Below, one piece after another: positions 7,305 to 15,538 of a stretch of DNA of 32,000 bases (position 1 is its first letter; the number at the start of each line of letters is the position of its first letter). The stretch spans positions 515,833 through 547,832 of the forward strand of contig NZ_RBIE01000001.1 in the NCBI RefSeq assembly GCF_003633715.1, in the 5' to 3' direction. The notes beneath the pieces were generated by a model that did no database searches, was not told the DNA's origin, and worked only from the letters and a program-made list of their open reading frames with translations. Source of the DNA: Thermovibrio guaymasensis. Its GTDB lineage: Bacteria > Aquificota > Aquificia > Desulfurobacteriales > Desulfurobacteriaceae. The position numbers and the translations under genes were made by a program.

Positions 7305-10300
7305 TTAGCTCTTTTGCCAGTTTCTCTTCTCTACCATGTAATATATAACCGGGATTACAACGAGGGTTAACATGGTAGATGCAAAAACTCCAAAGAGGAG
7401 TGAAATTGCAAGTCCTTGGAATATCGGGTCAAGGAGGATGACCGCTGCTCCTACCATTGCAGCTGCTGCAGTTAGGACAATAGGCCTGAACCTAACGGCT
7501 CCAGCTTCAATTATGGACTCTTTTAGGGGAGCTCCCTCCCTCTTCCTCATGAGGATAAAGTCAACAAGGATTATTGAGTTCCTTACGACGATTCCTGCAA
7601 GTGCTATGAATCCAATCATTGAGGTTGCCGTAAAATAGGTAATTTTCCCAAGGAGTTTAGTCATAAGCCAGTGGCCGGGAATTATTCCGATCATAGTAAG
7701 GGGAATAGGTACCATTATGATTATAGGGATAATGAATGACTGGAACTGACCTACGATTAGAAGGTAGATAAGGATTAGTGCAACGATAAAGGCTGCTCCC
7801 ATGTCCCTAAAGGTTTCGTAGGTAATCTGCCACTCACCGTCCCACTTCATCGTTGGTCTAAAGTCGTTATCGGGGATAGAAGGTGGAATAAAGGTATACT
7901 CAAGTTTGTATCCCTCTGGAAGAGGGTGTTCAGATAGGTACTTGTTGATTGCCAATATTGGGTAGATTGGAGCTTCGTACTTCCCTGAAACGTCTCCAAT
8001 TACGTAGGATACGGGATGAAGGTTCTTATGGTAGATTGTCTTATCTGCAGGGACTTTCTTGATTTCAACTAGTTCCCTCAGAGGTATCAGTTTACCTTTA
8101 TCGTTCATTATGTTTAGGTCAAGGACTTTATTTATATCGTCCCTCTGTTCCCTTGGAAGTCTAACCCAGATTGGGACAGGATCAGAGTCCCAGTCGGTAT
8201 GGGCAACTGAAACCTGAGCTCCGTGGAGGGCCATTGCAACTGTATTTGCAATTTGCTTTTCAGTAACTCCAGACTCCCTAGCCTTTCTCCTCTTAACTTT
8301 TATCTCGTATTTGTAGTAATCGTCGTCAACTAGAGTATCAACGTCCACAACTCCCGGAGTTTTCTTGAAGATCTCTTCAATCTCTTTTGCAATCCTTCTC
8401 CTTACCTCATCGTCCTTACCGTAAACTTCAGCAACTAAAGTTGAAAGAACAGGTGGCCCCGGAGGGACTTCAACTATCTTAACGTTTGCCCTTGGATCTA
8501 CCTTCCTTGCAACTTCCTGAATTTTTGGCCTTTCTTCCTTTGCTATATCGTGGGACTGCCTTTCCCTCTCATGTTTGTCTATGAGGTTGATTCTTATGTC
8601 TGCAACGTTTCCACCCTTCCTGAGGAAGTAGTGTCTTACTAAACCGTTAAAGTCAAAGGGAGATGCAGTTCCGATGTAAGATTCATAGTCTGTCACTTCA
8701 GGTATTGTTTGAAGATAGTTTGCTATAGCCTTTGTTACCCTTGCCGTATCCTCTAGAGAGGTCCCTTCCGGCATGTCTATTACTACCTGGAACTCGCTCT
8801 TGTTGTCAAATGGAAGTAGCTTAACTACAACTGCTTTTGTAAAGAAGAGGCTCACTGAGCCTGCCATCATTAGTAAAACTATAAATAGGAAGGCCCACCT
8901 CTTTACTGCTGAGTCAAGGAGGGGTCTGACTATCCTGTTGTAGATTCTGTAAGTTAAAGTTTTCTCAAGGACTATCTTTTCCTCTTCCTTTTCTGCTTCC
9001 TTCTTAAGGAGGTGGTATGCAGCCCAGGGAGAAATTACAAAGGCTACGATTAGTGAGAAGAACATTGCGATTGATGAGTTAACAGGTATAGGTTTCATGT
9101 AAGGGCCCATGAGGCCCCTAACGAAAGCCATAGGTAAGAGGGCTGCTATAACCGTAAAGGTTGCAAGTATTGTTGGGTTACCTACTTCAGCAACGGCGTA
9201 AATTGCAGCCTGAAGAGGAGGCATTTCCTTTAACTTCAGGTGTCTGTGGATGTTTTCAACGACGACTATTGCGTCGTCAACTAAAAGTCCGAGTGTGAAG
9301 ATTAGAGCAAAGAGGGTAACCCTGTTTAAAGTGTAGCCTGTTAGTAAGTCAATAAAGAGCGTTAGAGCAAGGGTTGTCGGTATCGCAATAGATACGACTA
9401 AAGCCTCCTTTATTCCGAGTGTTACTCCGATGAACACAACTACTGCTGTAATGGCAACGCCGAGGTGGAACATTAACTCTTCAAACTTATCCTCTGCAGT
9501 CTTTCCGTAGTTCCTCGTTACCGTTACGTGAACGTCGGCTGGAAGTATGCGGGGTTTTATCTCCTCAAGCTTCTTTAGTATCTCGTTTGCTACGTTAACA
9601 GCGTTTGTTCCCTTCTTCTTTGCAACTGCAATTGTTACTGCGGGGAACTGGTTTCCGTGCTCTTTGAGGAATTCCTTGCTTACTCCTTTCTTTTCAGAGT
9701 GGGGGCCAAAGCCGATAAAGACGTAGTTTTCCGGGTCAATTGGGGCATCTGTAACCTTAGCTATGTCCTTTAAGTAAACAGGTTTCCCGTTGTAGACCGC
9801 TACTACTATATTTTCAAGGTCTTTAACTGTCTTTATGAACTCTCCGGCTTCTACGGGAAATTCTGTATTCTTCTCGTCTACCTTCCCTGCCGGTAGTTTA
9901 ACGTTTGCAGACCTTATGGCATTCGCAATTTGAAGTAGTGAGAGGTGGTAGTTCTTTAGTTTATCTTTATCTACCAGTACTTTAAACCTTCTTACATCTC
10001 CTCCAATTATCCAGGACTTTGATACGTTCTCTACCTGTTTAAGCTGGAGGCAGATTTCCTTTGCAAACTTCCTCAGCTCGTAAGGACTCCTGTCGGGGCT
10101 CCAGAGGGTTAAAGTTACTATGGGAACGTCGTTTATATCCTTTGGTTTAACTAGCGGTTGGAGGGCTCCCTGAGGGAGCTTATCTAAATTTGACATTAGC
10201 TTGTTGTAAAGCTTTACTAAAGAATCTTCCATATCCTCATTTACTTTAAACCTTGCAATGATTAAACTCATTCCTGGTTTAGATATGGAGTAGACGTAGT

Positions 10301-10556
10301 CCATTCCCTTTATTTCCCAGAGCAGTTTCTCAAACCTAGTTGAGACTTTCCTCTCTACCTCCTTTGCAGAAGCTCCGGGGTAGGGAATGAAGACGTCAAC
10401 CATAGGAACTACGATTTGGGGTTCCTCTTCCTTAGGGGTTAGTACGACAGCTGCAATACCTATTAAGAGTGAGGCTACAAGGAAAAGGGGAGTTATCTTT
10501 GACGTTATGAAGGCTTTGGCTATCCTTCCTGCTATTCCTAAGTCTATGTTTTTCAT
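7305..10556 (-). CDS. RND-family efflux transporter permease (AcrB/HAE-like)
   Basis: 1083 aa with the typical 12-TM / two large periplasmic loop layout. TM4 motif GLLVDDAIVVVENIHRH carries the paired Asp proton-relay residues of AcrB-type pumps. The N-terminus IAKAFITSKITPLFLVASLLIGIAAV is typical of the family. Confidence 0.93.
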   Translation of the reverse strand: MKNIDLGIAGRIAKAFITSKITPLFLVASLLIGIAAVVLTPKEEEPQIVVPMVDVFIPYPGASAKEVERKVSTRFEKLLWEIKGMDYVYSISKPGMSLIIARFKVNEDMEDSLVKLYNKLMSNLDKLPQGALQPLVKPKDINDVPIVTLTLWSPDRSPYELRKFAKEICLQLKQVENVSKSWIIGGDVRRFKVLVDKDKLKNYHLSLLQIANAIRSANVKLPAGKVDEKNTEFPVEAGEFIKTVKDLENIVVAVYNGKPVYLKDIAKVTDAPIDPENYVFIGFGPHSEKKGVSKEFLKEHGNQFPAVTIAVAKKKGTNAVNVANEILKKLEEIKPRILPADVHVTVTRNYGKTAEDKFEELMFHLGVAITAVVVFIGVTLGIKEALVVSIAIPTTLALTLFIDLLTGYTLNRVTLFALIFTLGLLVDDAIVVVENIHRHLKLKEMPPLQAAIYAVAEVGNPTILATFTVIAALLPMAFVRGLMGPYMKPIPVNSSIAMFFSLIVAFVISPWAAYHLLKKEAEKEEEKIVLEKTLTYRIYNRIVRPLLDSAVKRWAFLFIVLLMMAGSVSLFFTKAVVVKLLPFDNKSEFQVVIDMPEGTSLEDTARVTKAIANYLQTIPEVTDYESYIGTASPFDFNGLVRHYFLRKGGNVADIRINLIDKHERERQSHDIAKEERPKIQEVARKVDPRANVKIVEVPPGPPVLSTLVAEVYGKDDEVRRRIAKEIEEIFKKTPGVVDVDTLVDDDYYKYEIKVKRRKARESGVTEKQIANTVAMALHGAQVSVAHTDWDSDPVPIWVRLPREQRDDINKVLDLNIMNDKGKLIPLRELVEIKKVPADKTIYHKNLHPVSYVIGDVSGKYEAPIYPILAINKYLSEHPLPEGYKLEYTFIPPSIPDNDFRPTMKWDGEWQITYETFRDMGAAFIVALILIYLLIVGQFQSFIIPIIIMVPIPLTMIGIIPGHWLMTKLLGKITYFTATSMIGFIALAGIVVRNSIILVDFILMRKREGAPLKESIIEAGAVRFRPIVLTAAAAMVGAAVILLDPIFQGLAISLLFGVFASTMLTLVVIPVIYYMVEKRNWQKS

Positions 10557-10562
10557 CCTCTT

Positions 10563-11738
10563 TTACCCCTCTACTCTTGCTCCGTCAACTAGCTTGTTAA
10601 CGTTGCTTACGGCAATCTTTTCTCCCTTATGGAGACCTGAGAGGATTATGACCATGTCTCCAAAGGTTTCACCCGTTTTAACTGGTCTTAGGTGGGCCAC
10701 TCCACTTTCAACTACGAAGACGAACTCAAGAGCTCCAACCCTGTAAATAGCGCTCTTTGGAACGGCCAATGACTCAACTTTTACTGAAGGGAACTCAACT
10801 ACGGCGTACGTCCCTGGAATTGCTTTTATAGGTTCTTCAGTTTCAACCTTTACTCCAAACTTGTGGGAGATAGGGTCTGCACTTTTGTCTATTTCAACTA
10901 CCTTACCTGAGTACTTTTTACCCTTTATCCTTACAATAACTTTACTTCCAATACCAATCTTATCTGAGTAAACGTTATCTATGAAAGCTCTAACCCTAAA
11001 CGGGAAAGATCCGATTTTATAGACTGGGGTCTGGGGTGAGACAAGATTTCCCTTGTCAACGAGCTTCTGAAGGACAATCCCATCAACCGGGGATTTTAGG
11101 TAGGTGTAGGAGAGGAAGGCTTTAGCTTTCTTTAAGGATGCCAAAATTTGTTCTTCCTTTGCTTTTAGCTCCTTCTTTCTTTCAAGGATCTGTTTCTCCT
11201 TTGCCTTTACAGCTTCAAGCTGTGCCTTTGCAGCCTCATACTGGGTCTTTACCTGGTCAAACTTCTGCTTTGATATCGCTTCTCCCTCTAGGAGGGCTTT
11301 AAACCTTTCGTAAGTCCTCTTAGCGAAGGAGTAATTAGCTTCTGCTGCCCTTTTGTTGGCTCTTACTTCCTCTAGAGCTTTGTTGAGCTCTCTTTGAGCA
11401 GCATCTATTTCCCTTAAGGCTGCTTTAGCCTTATCTATGTCAGGTTTGATATCAGAACTGTCTATAACTGCCAGTACCTCTCCCTTCTTTACTCTCTGCC
11501 CGGTTTTAGCCTTCTCCTCAATTAGGTATCCGACGACTTTTGGTGAAGTGAAAATCTCCTCTTTCGGAATTACCGTTGCAGAGAAGGTTGCCTTTCTTAC
11601 AAATTCAACTACCTCTACCGGTTTTGTTTGAACGCCTGATACCTTTTTAACTTTTACAGGTTCTGCCTTTTCCTCTTTTGCCCCGCAGGAAGAGAGGGCT
11701 ACAAGTAAAGCTACGGCTATAGCAGTCCTTTTACCCAT
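10563..11738 (-). CDS. RND efflux periplasmic adaptor (membrane fusion protein, HlyD family), lipoprotein
   Basis: Lipobox ALLVALSSC|G. Lipoyl-like halves (GYLIEEKAKTGQRVKKGEVLAVIDSSD ... GIVLQKLVDKGNLV) flank an alpha-hairpin coiled coil. Beta-barrel/MP-domain C-terminus. It sits 6 nt upstream of the RND gene. Confidence 0.9.
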   Translation of the reverse strand: MGKRTAIAVALLVALSSCGAKEEKAEPVKVKKVSGVQTKPVEVVEFVRKATFSATVIPKEEIFTSPKVVGYLIEEKAKTGQRVKKGEVLAVIDSSDIKPDIDKAKAALREIDAAQRELNKALEEVRANKRAAEANYSFAKRTYERFKALLEGEAISKQKFDQVKTQYEAAKAQLEAVKAKEKQILERKKELKAKEEQILASLKKAKAFLSYTYLKSPVDGIVLQKLVDKGNLVSPQTPVYKIGSFPFRVRAFIDNVYSDKIGIGSKVIVRIKGKKYSGKVVEIDKSADPISHKFGVKVETEEPIKAIPGTYAVVEFPSVKVESLAVPKSAIYRVGALEFVFVVESGVAHLRPVKTGETFGDMVIILSGLHKGEKIAVSNVNKLVDGARVEG

Positions 11739-11776
11739 TTTTAGACCTCTATCATCCTAAGTTTGTCGGCTTCATT

Positions 11777-11804
11777 ATCTTATTAGAATTTAGTATGATG
11801 TCAA
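11777..11804 (-). promoter_or_regulatory. Candidate sigma70-type promoter of the MFP-RND operon
   Basis: The minus strand reads TTGACA (11804-11799), a 16-nt spacer, then TAAGAT (11782-11777). This lies about 39 nt upstream of the MFP ATG, with AGAGG SD 7 nt before the ATG. Consensus-matching only; no experimental support. Confidence 0.4.
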
Positions 11805-11812
11805 GGTTCTTT

Positions 11813-12484
11813 TTATAGTTTCAGGAAGTATTCTGTAAACACGTCTGCGTAGAGTTTAAGCTTTTTCCAGTCAGACTCCTTTCCCTTTATTTCCTCAGCA
11901 GATATGCCCTCCTGTTGAAGTTCGTTTTTGTATCCTTCAATCCACCTCTCAATTCCCTCAGGGTTCACTTCCAGGTGAAACTGAAGACCGATGACTCTGT
12001 TTCCAACTCTAAATGCCTGATTTGGGTACATTGCAGATGAGGCCAGCTTTACGGCTCCCTCTGGAATCTCAAAGGTATCTCCGTGCCAGTGGAACACTTT
12101 TATTTCATCCCGGTATATTATTTCAAGGTCACTCTGAGGGAATATCGGTTTCCAGCCAATCTCTTTCCCCCACTGGCCCTTTTCAACTTTCGCACCGAAT
12201 ACTTTTGCTATTAGCTGAGCTCCAAGGCAGATACCCAGGACTTTCTTCCCTTCCTCAAAGAACTCTTTTATCAGCCTCTCTTCCTCCCTTAAAAAGGGGT
12301 ACTCCTCTTCCTGGTAGACTCCCATAGGACCGCCTAATACTACCAGCACGTCATAATCCTGAGGGGATGGAAACTCACCTTCGTACCCCTTAAACTCCTC
12401 AGTCTTAACTCCTCTCCTTTCAAAGGTCTCTTTGAAAGTTCCCAAGTCCTCAAACTCTACGTTCTTTATTGCTGCTAACCTCAA
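11813..12484 (-). CDS. Class I glutamine amidotransferase-like protein (GMP-synthase-type GATase domain only)
   Basis: 223 aa. Nucleophile elbow VLGICLGAQLIA, His/Glu pair in GLQFHLEV, and an HWHGD motif. TTG start in a TTGA overlap with the tldD stop. Confidence 0.85.
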   Translation of the reverse strand: MRLAAIKNVEFEDLGTFKETFERRGVKTEEFKGYEGEFPSPQDYDVLVVLGGPMGVYQEEEYPFLREEERLIKEFFEEGKKVLGICLGAQLIAKVFGAKVEKGQWGKEIGWKPIFPQSDLEIIYRDEIKVFHWHGDTFEIPEGAVKLASSAMYPNQAFRVGNRVIGLQFHLEVNPEGIERWIEGYKNELQQEGISAEEIKGKESDWKKLKLYADVFTEYFLKL

Positions 12485-13866
12485 CGGGTACCCCCTACGG
12501 TAATTTGTGGAATCCTAATTGTTGGAAGGCCGTCTGAAACGGGAACTCCTTGACCGTCCTTCCCGCAAGTTCCTATTGAAAACCCGAGATCATTTCCTAC
12601 AGCGTCAATTTCCTCAAGGACTTTTGGACCGTTTCCTATCAGAGATGCTCCCCTTATGGGCTCTGTAACTCTTCCGTTTTCAATCATGTAGGCTTCAGAG
12701 ACTTCAAAGACGAAATCTCCGTTAACCGTGTTTACCTGACCTCCTCCCATTTTGACGACTAAAATTCCTTCCTTCGTATCCTCAATTATCTCCTTTGGGT
12801 CTGTCTCTCCGGGAGCTACGTAGGTGTTTGTCATCCTTGGAATGGGAATGTGCATGTACGACTGTCTCCTGCCGTTTCCCGTTGGAAGGATTTCCTCGCA
12901 CTTCATAGCTTCAAGGATGTCTGACATGTACCCCTTTAGAACACCATTCTCTATTAGAACGTTTTTCCCCGTTGGAGTTCCCTCGTCGTCGTACCCACTT
13001 GAGCCGTACATTCCCTTCATCTGACCGTCATCTATTACAGTTATGAGTTCCGATGCAACTTTTTGTCCTACTTTCCCTGAATAGACGGATAGCCCTTGGT
13101 TTGCAAGGTCGGCTTCAAGGCCGTGTCCTACAGCCTCGTGAATCATAGTTCCACCTGCCTGGGAGGAGATAACTACCGTGAACCTTCCTGCTGGTGCCGG
13201 TTTTGCCTTTAACATCTTTAAAGCCCTTTCTGCAGCTTTTCTAGCTACATCTTCAGGAGGGTTCTTCTCAAGGAGCGAGTAATCTCCGAGGTGACCAATA
13301 GGTTCGTAGCCTGTCTGAAGTTCAACTCCATCTGAGGCTACAACTAAGGTGTAGAAAACGATCCTCGGCCTAACGTCTTCAACTATGTTCCCTTCAGTGT
13401 TTACTATAAGTACTTCCTGTATTTGGTCCCTTAAAACTACTGTAACTTGCTTAATCCTATCGCTTATACTCCTTGCTGCGTCGTTTGCCCTTTTAAGGTA
13501 TTCAACCTTTTTCTCAACCGGGATTTCAAAGGAGAGTCCCTCTACAAGCTCGTTGTATCGGGGCCTTTTCTCGTTAAAGTCTACTATTACCTCCTTTTCC
13601 TCCCTTGCAGCTGCCGATATCCTGTCAATTAGTTCCTCAATACTCTTCCTGTTAAGCCTGTTTGTAAAACCGTAGTAAGTTTTAAAGTTCTTTATAAACC
13701 TTATTCCCACTCCGACTTCAATTCCGCAGGAAAGGTCCTCTACTCTGTTGTCCTCACACTTTCCGGAGAAGGTATACCTCCTTTCAAAGAAGAGGTCTCC
13801 GTAATCTGCTCCTTTTCTCTTTAAAAGGAGAGCTCCAAAAGTTCCAAGTTCTTTAAAGTCCACCAT
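12481..13866 (-). CDS. tldD: TldD-type metalloprotease
   Basis: 461 aa. Metal-binding motif HEAVGHGLEAD (HExxxH) is characteristic of TldD rather than PmbA. Gly-rich C-terminal region (GNGRRQSY, GGGQVNTVNGDF). ATG directly abuts the nadE stop (TAGATG). Confidence 0.9.
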   Translation of the reverse strand: MVDFKELGTFGALLLKRKGADYGDLFFERRYTFSGKCEDNRVEDLSCGIEVGVGIRFIKNFKTYYGFTNRLNRKSIEELIDRISAAAREEKEVIVDFNEKRPRYNELVEGLSFEIPVEKKVEYLKRANDAARSISDRIKQVTVVLRDQIQEVLIVNTEGNIVEDVRPRIVFYTLVVASDGVELQTGYEPIGHLGDYSLLEKNPPEDVARKAAERALKMLKAKPAPAGRFTVVISSQAGGTMIHEAVGHGLEADLANQGLSVYSGKVGQKVASELITVIDDGQMKGMYGSSGYDDEGTPTGKNVLIENGVLKGYMSDILEAMKCEEILPTGNGRRQSYMHIPIPRMTNTYVAPGETDPKEIIEDTKEGILVVKMGGGQVNTVNGDFVFEVSEAYMIENGRVTEPIRGASLIGNGPKVLEEIDAVGNDLGFSIGTCGKDGQGVPVSDGLPTIRIPQITVGGTR

Positions 13867-14709
13867 CTAAAGCCCCCAATCTCTAAAGTAGAGGAAGTCT
13901 TTATCAACAGTTCTCCGGGCAATTTTACAGATTATAGGTAGTTTCCTCTTGTACTGGCTCCTCTTAACCATGCTTAAAACTCTATCAACAACTTGAGGTT
14001 CAAATCCTGCCCCTATTAGGTCCTCTCTTCTTAGCCTTAAGTCAACGTAGCCTACTAAAATCTTGTCAAGGGTTTTGTATGTTATTCCGATTTCCCCTTC
14101 ATCGGTCTGGCCGGGCCAAAGGTCCGCAGAAGGTTTCTTCTTAACTATCCTATCTGGAACTCCAATGAAGGAGGCCATATCCCATACCTGGGTCTTATAA
14201 AGGTCCCCTAGAGGGTTAATGTCGTGAGCGCCGTCTCCCCACCTAGTTGAGTAGCCTATTAGGAGCTCACTCTTATTGCTGGTTCCAAGGACTAGTCCTT
14301 TCTTCTGGTGGGCAAAGTCGTAGAGGATGGCCATCCTCTCCCTGGCCATCTTGTTTCCCCTTCTAACAAAGTCTGCATCGGGGAATAGCGAAAAGTAGGC
14401 GTCTACCTGTGGGGTTATATCTATCTCGTGGAACTCAATTTCAAGGACTTCTGCAACTAACCTTGCATCCTCCCTTGATGATTTGGAAGATGTTTTGTAG
14501 GGCATTGAAACTCCGATAACGTTTTCCTTCCCTAAGGCCTCAACTGCCAAGAAGGCCGCTAGGGAAGAGTCAACCCCTCCAGAGAGGCCAACAACTGCCC
14601 TCTTAAAACCTGCCTTTAGGAACTCTTCCCTTATGAAGTTTACAAGGACGTCCTTTACAAATTCCTTATCCTCTATTCTGAGCTCCTCTGCCAACCTATC
14701 TTTCATCAA
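13867..14709 (-). CDS. nadE: NAD+ synthetase, single-domain (NadE) form
   Basis: 280 aa. PP-loop VVGLSGGVDSS and typical NadE motifs (GTSNKSELLIGYSTRWGDG, PSADLWPGQTDE). The track start 14709 is TTG; the next codon, ATG 14706, is an equally plausible start. Confidence 0.9.
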   Translation of the reverse strand: MMKDRLAEELRIEDKEFVKDVLVNFIREEFLKAGFKRAVVGLSGGVDSSLAAFLAVEALGKENVIGVSMPYKTSSKSSREDARLVAEVLEIEFHEIDITPQVDAYFSLFPDADFVRRGNKMARERMAILYDFAHQKKGLVLGTSNKSELLIGYSTRWGDGAHDINPLGDLYKTQVWDMASFIGVPDRIVKKKPSADLWPGQTDEGEIGITYKTLDKILVGYVDLRLRREDLIGAGFEPQVVDRVLSMVKRSQYKRKLPIICKIARRTVDKDFLYFRDWGL

Positions 14710-15535
14710 CGATTCTCCTAAGGTTCTTTAGGGTGGTGAGGGGTCTTTCATCCCTTAAAAGGGGTAGGTTTATCCTTGCAGAGCGAATTAGTGTAGGTTC
14801 TACCTCAACTATGAGAAGCTCCTCATTAAAAGAACCTGCTTGGGCAACTACTTTCCCGTAAGGGTCACACACGAACGATTTTCCAGAGAAAACAAATCCG
14901 TCCTCTACCCCAACTCTGTTTGAGTAGATGAAGTAGCTTCCCGTTAACCTTGAGTAAAATTCTCCCATGTTCAACCATACTTCGGCATTTCCGAACATTC
15001 CCCTTTCTCTGTATCCCCTTCCGGGGCTTGACGAGAGGGCTATTAGATATTCAGTTCCCTGAATGAAAGAGAGGTAGACTGTTGAGAAGTGCCACAGGTC
15101 CTCACATATAAGGATAGAGGTCTTTCCGAGCTTTGAGTTGAAAGCCCTTACCTCTTCTCCGTGTCCCGTGAACCTTCCTTCGTCAAACATTCCGTAGGTG
15201 GGAAGGTATAGCTTCCTGTGTACGTGCTTTACCTTTCCTCCTTCAATGTAGAAAGCGGAGTTGTAGAAGATGTGCCCCGGACTTTCCTCTATCAGACCTA
15301 CCACTATTGATATTTCCCTACTAAGCTCAAGCAGGGGGATTAACTCTTTACTTTCAGGAGTTAAAGCCACTTCAAAGGTTGAATCCTGTAAGTTATAACC
15401 GGTAAGTGAAAGTTCAGGGAAGACAATGAGCTCTGCTCCCTTTTCCTTTGCCTTTTCTGAAAAGTGAATGCACTTTTCTACGTTATCCTTTATTTCTCCC
15501 AGCTTTGTCTTTATCTGGGCAACGGCTATTTTCAT
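14696..15535 (-). CDS. Carbon-nitrogen hydrolase (nitrilase superfamily); candidate glutaminase partner of NadE
   Basis: 279 aa. Glu-Lys-Cys triad context: VFPELSLTGY, HRKLYLPTYGMFDE and ILICEDLWH. It overlaps the nadE start by 11-14 nt. Confidence 0.85.
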   Translation of the reverse strand: MKIAVAQIKTKLGEIKDNVEKCIHFSEKAKEKGAELIVFPELSLTGYNLQDSTFEVALTPESKELIPLLELSREISIVVGLIEESPGHIFYNSAFYIEGGKVKHVHRKLYLPTYGMFDEGRFTGHGEEVRAFNSKLGKTSILICEDLWHFSTVYLSFIQGTEYLIALSSSPGRGYRERGMFGNAEVWLNMGEFYSRLTGSYFIYSNRVGVEDGFVFSGKSFVCDPYGKVVAQAGSFNEELLIVEVEPTLIRSARINLPLLRDERPLTTLKNLRRIVDER

Positions 15536-15538
15536 TTC

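Noticed and set aside
7305-10556. Calling the RND pump a heavy-metal (CzcA/CusA, HME) exporter, which would make the Cys-bearing downstream proteins metallochaperones
   Set aside because: The TM4 motif is LVDDAIVVVEN with paired Asp residues, as in AcrB-type HAE pumps. It is not the HME-type pattern I recall for CzcA or CusA. A metal role for the CKGCKK tail remains pure speculation.
10387-10746. 119-aa plus-strand ORF spanning the MFP/RND junction
   Set aside because: It is antisense to both pump genes and has low-complexity S/T/A/L composition with no initiation signals. Shadow ORF.
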